From: the human T2T-CHM13v2.0 reference genome, Homo sapiens
Assembly: GCF_009914755.1 (NCBI RefSeq)
Contig: NC_060934.1
Strand: one strand, 5' to 3'
Length of the DNA: 64,000 bases
The notes under the pieces are model-generated. The model saw only the letters and a program-made list of their open reading frames with translations. It did no database searches and was not told the origin of the DNA. The stretch's first letter is position 1. Every line of letters starts with the position of its first letter. This document shows positions 1 through 57,175 of the stretch, piece by piece. A program made the translations under genes and the position numbers.

Positions 1-92
1 GGGTTCATCTTTACTGAATGGTTCAGAACACAGGCCAGCCACGGTCTATTTGGACTAGAAGACCATGGTTCTACCAAGCACCTATTGCATGA

Positions 93-490
<398 letters not shown>

Positions 491-2820
491 GTGATGAAAA
501 TATTCTAAAATTGATTGTGGTGACACAACTCTGAGCATGCTAAAAACCATTGACTGGTATACTTTAAATGGTGAATTGTATGGTCCAGAAATTATATCTG
601 AATATTTTTTTAAAGTCCAATTCACAGATATGTCACGGGTACTCTTACTGCCAGTGCTATGTTAGGCAGTGGACAAACCACGTGAGGCTATGAGCAGGTG
701 AGGTTAGGGGAGGAGTAAAGGCCACTGTAGGCATCTCCTAAGGGCCAGCTGTGTTGTACATGGTTTGGGGAAACATGGGGGTAAAGGCTGTTAATCTCCT
801 CTGCTTCCTTCCAATTCTGACCACCTGTAGCCTTTTGGAATTGGGGAGATTAATATTAAGTGAGATGAGATGAAACTCCTGCCAAGAATTTGGCAAGAAA
901 AAATCCACCAGAAGCCTTTAAATTTTCAGTAATGGTTTCTCTGGCACGGCCAATTAGTGTCAAGTGATTTTTGGAAAATGACAGGCAAGCCTGGGGAAGT
1001 ACTGCTTACCAATGAGGACACGGAGCAATTAGACAGTGCCGGTTCACAAAAGGAATTCCTTCTTAGCCTAGCCCAAGTTTCAAATCCAAGTTTCTCCTTT
1101 TAAAACCCAGCTGTCACAGCCACTGAGGCTTGTTTCCAAAAGAGAGGGAGACTTTCACTGCCTCGTCTCCTAAGGACCTAAGCAGATGAGATGAACCACG
1201 CACCACCCAAGGGCCATTAGACAGCCTGTCTCTGCTGAGTACTCGGCAGGAGGCAGGAATTGCAGCCTGAGGTATATTTTACTGCCTTGGCAAAACTAGA
1301 CTTCGTAGAACAAATTACAAATTATTCCTAAGCACTCTCCCCAAATCACTTTGTCACTCTTAACTAGAATCCTCTACTTTGTCCCTTAACTGATGTCTCA
1401 GTGTTCTCATCTTCACCATAATGGTTCTAATAAAAGCCCCTTTTTTATTGACTATGTCTATGCCAGACACTGTCCTAAGCACTTTACATGGATTATCTCA
1501 TTTCATCCCAATACTCTCTGAATTAGGTACTATTATTAATCCCACTTCACAGACGAGAAAACTGAGAGTCAGAGAATTTAACTCTCAAAGCTGTAAGTAA
1601 GAGCAGGATTTGAACCAGAGCAGTCTGAGACCTTCATCATCAGTATCACTTTCTTCATCATCACCACTACTACCATCAAAAAAAAAAAAAAAAAAAACAA
1701 AACCTTCACTGACTGAGGCACAGTTCTGAACATTGTACAATTTTGGATAGATAGACATCAAATCTACTCTCTAGTAATGTAGATGTCATCCCCATTTCCC
1801 AGTTTGGAAACACACAAGTAGGAATGAAGATCAAAGCCTCAAACCATAAAGCAATTCTGTGGAAATGCCAGGCTTGGCTGTTTGACTCACTGCATCATTT
1901 CTGCTCATTTGGGAGGCTGCCCCTGGCTAGGGAGCCTGAGTAGCCGGGCCACACGACACTGATCGGCCAGCCTGGCCTTTCTGAACTTCCCTCTCCCTAT
2001 TTCAGGGAAAGAGGGAAAAAGGGCTTTTGTGTGCATTGTGGTGATACAGAATACCCAAAGACAGTTCTGCATACAAAAGTGCATTGTTAGAGTAATTCCT
2101 CTAACAGAAATAAGGGAGGGAATCCAATTTACAGGACAGAATTTAAGATCACTGGATGAGCTCTCTCTGCAGCCAACTTCCTCCCCTCTTTAGGTGCAAT
2201 ATCATAAGTGACCCCCAAAACTGACAAACCAATTTGATATCTTTAACCAGCCATGAAATGTTCTCAATCGACTTTTCCCTTTAATCACTAGGTGAAAACC
2301 TGGGTGTCGAAAAATAGCCTCCTTCCAAGGAGACTAAGCAGGCTGGAGAGAAACTGGACTAGAGAAAAGGTGTCAGATTCCTGCACTGAAATCCGGTTCC
2401 TGGATTTAGAGGAGGAGTTTAATAAGGATATCAAGAAGAGGAAATGCAGATGAGGACACTACAAGTGGGCTCCATGGGGAGTCATAAAGGGTTCATTCAT
2501 AAAAAGTTATGCGTCCATTATGCCTGGATTTTCACACACTGCCCTGGGAAAAAATGCGATGCACAGTTTTCAGAGCAAGATGCGTACTTTCACAATCCAC
2601 CCTAATCCGCTCTCCCTCCTGCCAAAGGGGCATTGACCTGCCTCCTCCCAGCAGATTTCATGGCACTGACCCCTCCCAGGGACCAGCTCGGCCGACACAA
2701 TGCACTTGTTCCAAACACAAAAGTTCACTAACAACTGCATTTGGAAACATCAGAGCAGGCCAAATAGTTGGCAAAGGAGAACTGCAAATGAAGAATGACG
2801 GTTACAGGCGCTGGCACTCT

Positions 2821-2852
2821 ACACACACACACACACACACGCACACACACAC
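2821..2852. repeat. (CA)n microsatellite
   Basis: Directly visible, with one CG interruption. Confidence 0.95.
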
Positions 2853-3161
2853 AGTTAAAGTGGGTAAAATATGAGCCAAAAAAAAAAAACCTCAAAACAA
2901 AAAACAAAACAAAACAAAAACCATCACCACCACCAACAAATGGCAAAAGTCCCAATTCATTAATGAAATGTAGCCACAAATACCAGGATCTATAATGAGA
3001 AAATCTTGTTTCAAATTCAAGAAAAAGGAACTCCTGGAAATCTCTCTGCCTGTGCCCATTCTCAGGAACGTGCCTTGGCCCTCTCTGGGGAACTTCAGTA
3101 ACAGACAGCTTCCTCCTCTTAAGCCTTTAAATCTATCCCATTCCTGGGAGGTGGGGGTAGA

Positions 3162-3252
3162 GAGTTGCCAGATTTAGCAAACAAAACTCAAGGAAGCCCA
3201 GTACATTTGAATTTTGGATAAACAACAAATAATGTATTTTATCTGGCACCCC
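3162..3252. mobile_element. MER53-like DNA transposon relic (internally deleted)
   Basis: GTTGCCAGATTTAGCAAA...TATTTTATCTGGCACCC inverted ends. Confidence 0.6.
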
Positions 3253-4583
3253 TTGGGTTCAGCAGTCACCTCTCCCCTTCACCAGGACATCAGAATTCTG
3301 GTCCGATCTCAGCCACTAACTGTGTGGACTTTGAGTTAGTCCACACTTGGGGAGCTTGGTTTTCTCATAAAAGTGTGGGATTAAGTGACTGTAATGTCTC
3401 TGCCAGGTTGCAGGGTCTGTGATCCGATGTTCTCACGAAACTCCTCCCACATAGCTCTTTTTATTATTTCATTATAGAATGATACCTGAATGTGTTCTTA
3501 CAAAAGATTCAAACAATGGAGAAGTATACAAAACAAAATTTGAAGCTGCCCACCACCTCCGCGCTTCCTTCCTCAGAGGTAATCACCTTCAGCAGTTAGA
3601 TGGGCATATTTGTGGTCCTTTCTACATTTGTGGTACTAGATTTGGGCACATGCCCTTTTATATAAAGGTAAATAGGATCATTCTCTGACCCAATCTGTGG
3701 GGATTCCAATTCACGGTCTCCCAGGAATCTGTATTCATAGAAATCTTCCCAGGAGGTTCTGATGTCCAGCCAGGTTTGGGAACCTCTGCTACTGGGAATC
3801 CAGCCCTCTGTCTTTTGCCACAAGCAAACAGTGCTACCTGTAAAGCCAGACCCTCCTTCTGGCTGCTAGAGAGCGCCATGCCTGCTCATAGTAGGCAGGA
3901 AACAGAAATCCAGGCAGGCATCCTCCGCCCTGCCACTGTGGGGCGGACTCCACTGGTCCTGCAGTAGACGTGCTCCTGTCCGTACTTGGCCTGGGGATCA
4001 CTTTCTTCGCTTGTCTACCTGGACAGCTGACTACCTGACTGACTTCTTCTAATGCCGGCAGCCTGGGACCCCTCAGTCATACGAAAGATTAATGTCTGCC
4101 AGGCTACCTTGAGTCCAGCCAACCCCTCTGTCCAGCCTCTTCTGACCTACCTCAGCCTTGGCTCCCCAGAATCTGGCATGAAGTCAGGGCTCGGTCTAGC
4201 AGTGACACCCCACAGTTTAGCCCTCTTCCTTCTTTCCTATCTCCATCTTGGCCAACCACCCAATACCAGCTCACTCTCAGGCTCGTCAGTTGCAGCATAA
4301 CAAGTTGGGCTTTCTGCTCACATGAATATGTGCCAAGGACAAAGTCCTCACTGAGCGCTTAGACTTGTCCAAGCCAGAGCCCACCCTACAGACCCCTCTA
4401 CGAGTGAGGACAATACACTCTCAGCTGAGACCCTCCCATCTGGCTCCTGGTCACTTCTGCCTGTCTCACCAGCTCCACCACGGCTGCCATTCCTGGGCTG
4501 AATGAGTCCTAGTGTCTACTCCCGAGACACTGCAGCCACTGGTCCTCTAGGCAAGGCTAACCTCCCCTGTCATCCACGAGAGA

Positions 4584-5584
4584 TGTAGGGAAAAGAAAGA
4601 GAGATCAGACTGTTACTGTGTCTATGTAGAAAGGGAAGACATAAGAGACTCCATTTTGGAAAAGACCTGTACTTTAAACAATTGCTTTGCTGAGATGTTG
4701 TTAATTTGTAGCTTTGCCCCAGACACTTTGCCCCAGCTACTTTGACCCAACCTGGAGCTCACAAAAACATGTGTTGTATGAAATCGAGGTTTAAGGGATC
4801 TAGGGCTGCGCAGGACATGCCTTGTTAACAAAATGTTTACAAGCAGTATACTTGGTAAAAGTCATCGCCATTCTCTAGTCTCAATAAACCAAGGGCACAG
4901 TGCACCTCTGCCCTTGAAAGCGGGGTATTGTCTCCCCATGTGATAGTCTGAAATATGGCCTCGTGGGATGAGAAAGACCTGACCGTCCCCCAGCCCGACA
5001 CCCGTAAAGGGTCTGTGCTGAGGTGGATTAGTAAAAGAGGAAAGCCTCTTGCAGTTGAGATAGAGGAAGGCCACTGTCCCCTGCCTGCCCCTGGGAACTG
5101 AATGTCTCGGTATAAAACCCGATTGTACATTTGTTCAATTCTGAGATAGGAGAAAAACTGCCCTGTGGTGGGAGGCAAGATATGTTTGCAGCAATGCTGC
5201 CTTGTTATTCTTTACTCCACTGAGATGTTTGGGTGGAGAGAAACATAAATCTGGCCTACGTGCACATCCAGGCATAGTACCTTCCCTTGACTTAATTATG
5301 ACATAGATTCTTTTGCTCACATGTTTTTTGCTGACCTTCTCCTTATTATCACCCTGCTCTCCTACTACATTCCTTTTTGCTGAAATAATGAAAATAATAA
5401 TCAATAAAAACTGAGTGAACTCAGAGACCGGTGCCGATGCAGGTCCTTGGTGTGCTGAGTGCCGGTCCCCTGGGCCCACTGTTGTTTCTCTATACTTTGT
5501 CTCTGTGTCTTATTTCTTTTCTCAGTCTCTCATCCCACCTGACTAGAAATACCCACAGGTGTGGAGGGGCAGGCCACCCCTTCA
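4584..5584 (+). mobile_element. HERV-K(HML-2) solo LTR, full length (1001 bp), probably LTR5B
   Basis: Begins TGTAGGGAAAAGAAAGAGAGATCAGACTG and ends GGCCACCCCTTCA; TATAAAA at 5111-5117 and AATAAA at 5403-5408. Subfamily assigned from recalled consensus. Confidence 0.92.
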
Positions 5585-6547
5585 TCTCTGGGGTGAACTA
5601 AGCTTTCTTGTTACACCATCTGCCCACTGTGTCTCACTCAAAGCTCTAAGCTAACTTTCCATGGGTGAGTTCATGCCCTGTTCATCTCACCAAAACAATA
5701 CACGCTCATCATAGAAAAACTGGAAAATATAGCTAAACCAAGAACAACAGAATACATTTAAAAAATACTCTATCACCCTGAAATAACCAGTGTGTTATTT
5801 ATGTATATTTATAATTTTACTTGAGATTTATATTGCAGATCACAAAGTGGTGTCTTCTAGTTAATTCAGCCTGTACACATGTTTTAAGTCATTTTGGTTT
5901 GAATAATTTTGGACAGGATATTTGGTGTTCAGTTCACCACACTCCCCCCACCACTCCTTATTTTATTACACAAATCCCATCTCCTTCATTTACATGTTAT
6001 CCTTGAAGCCATCTACATTTGCAATGCCTGCATTATATATATATATATAAAATGCATAAATGTATTTTTTAATCAAAATGGAATCCTACTGCTTATTCTA
6101 TTTTTGTCACATACTTTTTTGTGTGTAACAGTGTACCATGAACACCTTTCCATATCAGTAGTCAACTACAACTTCATTTTTAATGGCTGGGAAGTTTTCC
6201 ATTAAAAAGATGGATCATAATTTATTCAGCCAAACCCTACTGTTGAACATTTAAATTGCTTGCAATTTTTCCTGCTTCAGTGAACATCCCTGTAGCTAGA
6301 GCTTTGCACACTTCCTTAATTAGTTCCCTAGGATGAATTCCAAAAAGTGGAATTGCTGGGTCAAAGGGTATTCGCAGTTTTAAAAGCTTTTAACATGTGT
6401 GGCCAAATGGAGTGCTCAGAGTTTTACAATGACAGAGGCCCTTGAGAGTTTCCTGTGACCGCTGTCAAGGTGGACCTTCCAGACATTAACAGCATCCCGG
6501 GGAACATCCCATCACTCCTCTCTTAACGGTGTCTAAAGTCAACTTAC

Positions 6548-49306
<42,759 letters not shown>

Positions 49307-52300
49307 CTAGAGGAATGGAGAAGAAAGAGGCATGAGGACACATCAGCCTTCTCTGCATCAGCACCAAGGGATGAGGGAGCAAACCTGGTCACCTGGGGAG
49401 GATCAGAATCACCACGGATTCGTAAGCTTCGTTCCACAAATCAACTGAGCCCTTACCACATGGCCCCACACTATTCTAGATGTGAGGGCAAAAACGAACC
49501 TGCTTTGTTTAATAACCACACACATCAGTCGCAAATTAATATAAAGTATAACTCTCCTGGATCATTTCAAGAGCACCCAGAATCAAATTTACAAAGTTAC
49601 CAGGCAACCCCAAAATCAGCTTCCTCACGCGCCCCCCACCTCATAAGAAAGGCCAAATGCAAATAGGATCCTCTCTGGGCCTGGAGTCTGCTTGGTGCAG
49701 AACACAGGGAGATGTGCCCAGTGCTGCCGAATACTCAATGCGTCCTGTGACTGCTGCCTTTGTTACCCTGTGCACTCTCTTAGTATTCGGGTTTCCTCTG
49801 TGGGGTAAGCCTCCGTGTAGGAACCTACTGTGTTGACCTTATAAATTAGACTCCATAGACACTCTGTTTACGAAGGACAGTGATGCTTGTACGTGTTTGC
49901 TAGTAGCCATCATTTATAAACTGTGTTAACATTTGTCTCTACCAGGAATGTGGCCAATCACCAAATATCTGTTTGACCTACTATGGGCCAGGTGCAATTC
50001 CAGGCACCATGGATCCAGCAGTGAACGAGGCAGGTGAGATCCTGCTCTCAAGAGGTGTCCATTCTAATTGGAAAGCTGGACCATAAACCGCAGGTAAGTA
50101 AATTCATGAATGAGATCATTGCAGGTTTGGAAAATGCTCTGAAGAAGATCAAAACCAATGTGTGATAGAACGTGATGGGAGGAGCTGCTTATCTGGTGGT
50201 TGGAGAGGGGCCTCAGGTAGGTGGGATGGCAGTGAGATCTGAAAGGCAGGAATGATCTGGCCATGTGGAGATCTGGCCAGAGGATCCTCCGCAGGGGAAG
50301 GATCCAGAAGGAGCCTAGACGGGGACTGGGCTTGTCATGAGAGGGACAGCCGCAGTGGGCAAGTGGGAACAGGGCCAGAGAGGGAGGCAGGCCCACACGG
50401 CCTTGCCAACCAGGCTGTGTTTTGTGACTTTATTCTCTTTGTTACAGGAACCCTGCAGAGGGTTTAAAGCATGAGAGGAATGTGTTTTTATCTGTGTTTT
50501 ACCAAGATTGCCCTGGGACACAGGCAGACAAAAGCAGAAGCGGGGTGAACAGTTAGGAGCCTTGCAAGTGTCCGAGTGAGACAGGGTGGTGGCGTGGACC
50601 AGACACTGCAGTGGAGGTGCTGGGACCTGTCGTGTTAGGGAACAGTCATAGGCAGAGCTCGCAGGTAGGGCTAGTGGATTTGATCTGAGGAAAGACAGGG
50701 GCCACCAATGCCACCTGCCCTTGGAATTTGAATAACTGGGTGGGTAGTGACACCAGGGAGCAGATTTGAGGACAAAGACTATGTCCAGGAGAGACTATTA
50801 CACACACGAAACCACATCAAAGCAACCAAAGGACAATCTATTTTTAAACAAAAATATTATTTCTTGCATTTATTTAGAAACTTACAGCTTACAAGTCAGT
50901 TTCCCAGTCTCCCCTTTAACCCTTATCAGAACACTTTATGTGTAATCCCATTTTCCAGAGGAGAGAACTGAGGCACAAAATGTTTAACCCAGGGTTGCCC
51001 AGCCCATCAGGGAAGCTAAGGGCTCGGGACACAGTCTCCTGGTCAGACACCCGGTGGTCTTCCCTGGCCCCACAGATAAAGGCTTCCCACACTGCTCAAC
51101 CAAGGCTCACATGGCACCACGAACCCAACCCCTAGGCCTGTATGACCCTGGAGACAGCCACGTGGTCCCGCTCCCAACTCCTCACATGCAGGCCATCACT
51201 TTCCCTCTCTGTGACCATGACCTGGGCAGTGGCTGCAGCTGCCAGGTCTCCTGTAGAGAAGGTCCCACTACAGCCAGGCGGAGATGGGAGGCTCCGCGCC
51301 TGCATCCTGCTCGTTCCGCTGCCTCCTGGCCAACCCGGAATCCACTCACACACTCCCTGCAGCTGCCGGGTGTTCGCTGCCAGCTCCTGGCCCTCTGGGT
51401 ATTCATCCAGTTGCAGCAATATCATTTCCTCTCGGGCTAAAGGTCAGGGGAATTCCTGATGGTATGAAATCTCTCAGCAGCAGACAAATGTACCACCTGT
51501 GGTGTGGAGGCGAGCTGGAGCCGACGCTCTGGGTCTAGCTCAGCCTCACTCAGCTGTGCAACTGTGGTGGGGAACTCGGGTGTTAGTATTTTTCATCTGT
51601 CAAATGGACTATTGCAAGGACCAAATGAGGTAATGGGTTTGTTTGGGCATTCGTTCATTCAACAAATATCTATCCAACACCTGCTACAGGCCAGACGCTG
51701 TGTCTGCTGCTTGGGATATGATGCAGAAGAAACTGTACCTTGACTTCATGGAAATTATATTCTGATGAAGGGTAGGGGAAAAAATGACAAACAAATAGCG
51801 AACCAGATATTTAGGTCTGGAGGATGTAGGTGGATATCTGGAGAGAAGCATTTCAAACTATGGGAACAGCAAGTGCAAAGGCCCTGGGGTGGGAGTGTGC
51901 TTGGCCAGGGGGAGGTGGGTACAACTGGAATGGAATGAGTGAGGAAGAGACAAGGAGATGATGAGGTCAGCAGGCAGTGGAGGGTCTGGAGAATCTGCTC
52001 ATATGGGGCCTTGCAGGCCATTCAGGATTTTGGCTTTTATTCTGAGTGAACTAGATGGGATCCAGAGGACAGGAAAGGGCTTTGTAACTGCACTGGTTTT
52101 GTATATGACAGGGATAATATGTAGTGAATAGGAGTGGGGAGACCAAGTGCCCCCCAGTGATGGAGGGGGGAAAGAATTAGTGTTTACTAAGTCCCAATTA
52201 TAGTGCAAACCATGTGCTAAGAACAGTGCCAAGTGCTTTTCCTCACCTTCAGTTTTATATGTGCAGTCTCATGAAGACCCAATAACAAACGGACCATGAA

Positions 52301-53247
52301 CAGATTAGGAAACAAAGCTCCAAGAGGTGAAATGACTTGCTTGTCTTGAGGAAGCAGAGAGAGTTAGTAAAGGTGATGGCTGGAGGTGGGTCCTGTCTGA
52401 CCCCCAAGCCTGTACTCCTTCTCTTCAGCCTCAGTCACAGAAAGAACGAAGAGAACAAGGGAGGTGCCTGGTAGAGGCTGCTTATTCCCAGGGGATACAA
52501 GGCATTGCCCATCCAGGAGGTCTGTAAGAAGACATATGAAGTCATGGGTCTAGCTCAGCTTGAGATAAGGCTGGAGCCATGGCAGTTAAGAATATAGAGC
52601 CCTCCCCTGTCCTTATCAACAAGAGATGGAAGGTTCTGTCTTTTATCTCAGAAAGGAAGCAAATCTCATGCTTCCAGCACTGTCTACCGGGGACCTACCT
52701 GGAGTTAATGTGGCTTGGCCACATTTCATCTCCTGATGAAAACCCTTCCATGGCTCCCCCCTGCCCTTGGGATAGATTCCACCTCCTAACACCACTGATG
52801 AGACCCTTAGTGATATGGCCCTGCCAGCCTGCTCCACAAGGTACCTCAAGCCTCCTCTCCTACTCCCTCCACTGCCACTCTGTGCTCAGCTGCAATAAGT
52901 GACTTAGAGTGCCTTGGCTTTCTATTTTCCTCTTATTGCACACTTTCCTCAACCACACCCACCTCTTCATCTGGCCAAACCCTACTGGTCCTTCAAGTCT
53001 CCATGTAGACACCACTTCCTCTGAGTATCCGCCCCCCTGCTCCTCTTGGGGTAAAAGTCATTCTCTCTGTTCCCACAGCCCCTGGCCTTATTCACCACCC
53101 TCTCCACAAGGTACTGGGATCCATTTACTCAGCTGAATCCCCCATGATTTAGCTTTTCACATCTTGAAGGAAGGGATTTTGTTATGTCTAACAATGAATA
53201 CCCAGCACCAGACCTGGCACATGGCAGGTACTGAGTAAAATACAGAA

Positions 53248-53340
53248 CGGATGGATGGAAGGGATGGATGGATGGGTAGGTGGGTGAATGAATGCCTGGA
53301 TGGATGGATGGATGGATGGATGGATGGATGGATGGATGGA
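53248..53340. repeat. (GGAT)n tetranucleotide repeat
   Basis: Directly visible; pure block ~53297-53340. Confidence 0.93.
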
Positions 53341-53457
53341 CATACGAGTCACGTAGGCAGTGCTTAAAAAGAGAAATCAATCATTTCTAACTCAACTGTT
53401 GGAAAAAAATTGTCCTTATCAGCTTTTATGGAGAGAAGGAGGCAACTATTCTTCAAA

Positions 53458-53632
53458 CAATGGCTCTCAACTTTGGCTGCGATTTGAATCGCCTTTAAAA
53501 AAATACTGGCGTCTGGGTCCCACCCCCGCCGGAGGTTCTTATTTAATTGGTCTGGGGCATGGCCTGGGAATGGGGAGTTTAAAGAGTTCCCCAGGTGATT
53601 CTATGGTACAGCCAAGGTTTAGATTTGCCACT
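53458..53632. mobile_element. MER5-family MITE
   Basis: CAATGGCTCTCAACTTTGGCTGC...TTCCCCAGGTGATTCT...CAGCCAAGGTT. Confidence 0.7.
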
Positions 53633-56288
53633 CAGAGCACCCTGTAAGAGGAAGCCTCACCTTGTACTATTTTCTTACTCCCAACCTCTCTCCTCCTGAG
53701 CTCACCAGGAACGGAAGACATGGACTTGGAGACAGACACTTTGAACACTAGCAAAAGCCATGTCTCACATCGAAATCGATGAAAAGCGTTTCTCCGTTTC
53801 AATAAAAACTGGCAAATGAGTACGACAGGTGTGGCTCTGGCTATAACTGCAGCTGCAGGCACCATAGAACAAGGAAGAGAGAAACAGCCTGATGCAGACA
53901 AAGACTGAGGGCTGGGAGGGGAGAGCTTTCAGGGTATGGGGATGTATTTTTCCTTGGGTGTGATTGCAAGACAAAAAAAAAGTTTGAAAAAAATACATAT
54001 ATATCCCCATATTTGATCTTTGCTTAATTACCTCTTCGGTGAGAGGATATGCAAAGACCTTGTAGATTTCATTAGTCACAGAGGTTTATTCAGACGTCTC
54101 CTTTGCATAAGAAACCCAGGCTTACAGCTGGTCTCTGGGAAAGAATGCCCTCCAGGCCTTGAAAAGAGAGCTCCCGGCCTGTTCAAGCTCTCACTGAAAC
54201 ACAGCAGAGGTCAGCGGCCCGTGATGCATGGGCCCGGCTGAAATGTTTCTATCCAGCATTTGCAATTCAATCCCACAGTTTCCTTTATGGAACAATTCAC
54301 TAAATTCAGAGCTGTTCTTTTTTCTAATTCACCATATAATTCACCTCCCAAGTTCAATTAAGAAGCAATCTGTTAGCAACTTTGGGAGCAAGCTGCTTTT
54401 CTTTGGGAAAGCCCAATTTTCTTCCGCTCTCAACAAAAAGTGCCTTAATTAGATGCATCATATGAGACATTGATGTACACACAACGCCCCTCCACCATAA
54501 TTAATGAAATATTAACTGTATACACCCAAAGACATCTAGGCAGAAAGAGATGGGCTTTTCCAAAGCCCTAGGGGTAAAGCCTTGTGCCATAGATTAATAT
54601 TGCCCATCTGAACAACAGTGACTATGAATTCATATTCATTAATATCATTCATAAACAAAACTCTATATTAATTATTCCTTTCATCTCTTATTCTTAAAGA
54701 CTAACATTACTTGGTCCTTGGTTCTCTTGAACATGAGAATACCTACCATTTTTTAACTGCCAGCATTTAACTTTAAATGCCAATTGTTTGCAGGTACTTC
54801 ACATATGTTCTCTATTTAATCCCCAAGCCAATTTTCTAAGGTGGGTATTATTCCCATTTTATATGCAGGGTAACTGAGGCTTAGAGCAGTTAAGACATCA
54901 CTAGGGACACACCGCCATTGGGTGGAGAATTTGAGATTCTCTCCATATCGGTCTGATATCAAAGCCCTTCATAGACATTACATACTAAAGAAACCTTGCA
55001 GGACGGCAGCCTTAGCTCTCATGTTTACTCATTTTTTAATACTGTATTTACAGCTTTGACCCACGAGAGCTAAATCTATCATAAAACTGCAGTGCTTTAC
55101 TTTAAGAAAAAGAAAAAAATATATATCCAGCACAAGATCCTAAAAATCACCTTATTCCTACTCCATTCATTCAGTACGCCTTGGTGGAGCACCTGCTTTG
55201 GGCAGCACTGTGCTGGATTCCTGCAGGCAGTGCCTGCCCTCTTGGTGCCTGCATTCTGATGGAGGGGATGGAAATTAACAATAAATAATGAGATCATTTC
55301 GTGGGATTAAGCACTTTGAGGAAATTAAAACAGAGTTGTATGTCAGAGCAGTGGGGGATGGGAGTCCTAGGAGGGTCTCTCAGAGTCGGTGACATTTGAG
55401 CTAAGTGATGAGAGATGGATATCCATCTGGGGACAGTATTCTAGCAAAAAACAAACAAACAAAAACTGCAAGGAAAAAAGTCCTGAGGAGGGGAAGTAAG
55501 AGTCCAACGTGGCTGGAGCTGGGGCTGGCGAGCAAGATAGGAACTGTCACCTGCGAGGGACACAGGTCCAGCTCACGGCCAGCTAGAGCAAGGCCCTTGA
55601 CTCTTACCTTTCTGACCATGTCTTAGGCCTTCTTAATTTGCTGGGCCTTTAGGTCACATGTAATCTGCACAGCAATCCTGTAAATAAGTACTGTTATTCC
55701 TCTTTTAAGGAGGAGAAAACTGAGGCTCATGAATAAGTTGTTCAAGGTCACCCAGCTAGTCAATGATTGAATGTGCATTTCAAAGAGGGCCCGTCTGACT
55801 CCAGAATCCATGCTCACAAAGCCTGCCCTCTACCCTAGACGGGTACAGGTGTGGCCTGAGCAAGCATCCCGGGGAAGGGCAATGAATGAATGAATGAAAC
55901 ATCTGCACAACTTTGTTGGAAAATTACCTGCAAGACACATCAATCGGGTGAAGTATTCATTATTCATTAGAAAAAAATTAAAAGGCAAAGCCCTTTTAAA
56001 AGGTTGATTCAGGAATGAACAAGGCAATCGCTACAGCACTAAAGCAATCAATGTGTAATCTTAAGTGATTCAATGCCAAGTAACTTTTATATCCGTGCCA
56101 AATTTCATATGCTACAGAAGAGAACGGGAAAATGAGTTAAAAGACCATTGCCAGATTTTGTTTGTGAAATGATTTAATATTGGCAAGTGTATAATAAAAT
56201 GGGAATGCTTATACACTCCTGGTGAAGGAGGACTATAAATTGGTAACACTTCATGAGGTAATTTCACAGGACTAATCAAAATCTTTTA

Positions 56289-56681
<393 letters not shown>

Positions 56682-57137
56682 TCAACATTTTGTATAATAA
56701 AAAAGGCTATAGCAACTACACCCCCAACAGGGGTGGTGAAATAAATTATGACATAATAGAACACTACGTAACCTTTTAAACTGTTTTAGAAGGAAGTTTA
56801 CTAGGTGAGAAAGTGCTCGGATTATAAGTCAAAAAACAGGTTAGGAAATATAATTCAATATAAATTCAGTATAAATTCAATAGAATCCAGTATGATTCCA
56901 TCTTTTCTTTAAAAAAATAGGCAAAAAACATGCCGAAAAAATGCTGGATGGAAATCACCACACTGTCCATTGTGATTATCTCTGGTGGTGGCTCTGGGGT
57001 GAATTTTATTTTCTTATATACTTTTGTAATTTCCAAATTTTGTTCAACATATTACTTTATAATCAGGAAACAGAGGCTTATTTTTTAAAAGAACTAGATT
57101 ACATCATACACTATGCCTGCATTTTGTAGTGTGCGCC

Positions 57138-57139
<2 letters not shown>

Positions 57140-57175
<36 letters not shown>
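57140..57175. repeat. (CA)n microsatellite
   Basis: Directly visible. Confidence 0.93.

Noticed and set aside
4837-5479. ORFs inside the HERV-K LTR
   Set aside because: Antisense translations of LTR sequence. No primer-binding site or gag/pol/env follows, so this is a solo LTR and not a provirus.
51132-51436. Possible cryptic TLL2-strand exon or 97-aa ORF (ctttag acceptor at 51437, GTGAGT at 51343-51348)
   Set aside because: Short pyrimidine tract; the 88-nt exon would frameshift; no homology. Kept only as a regulatory candidate.
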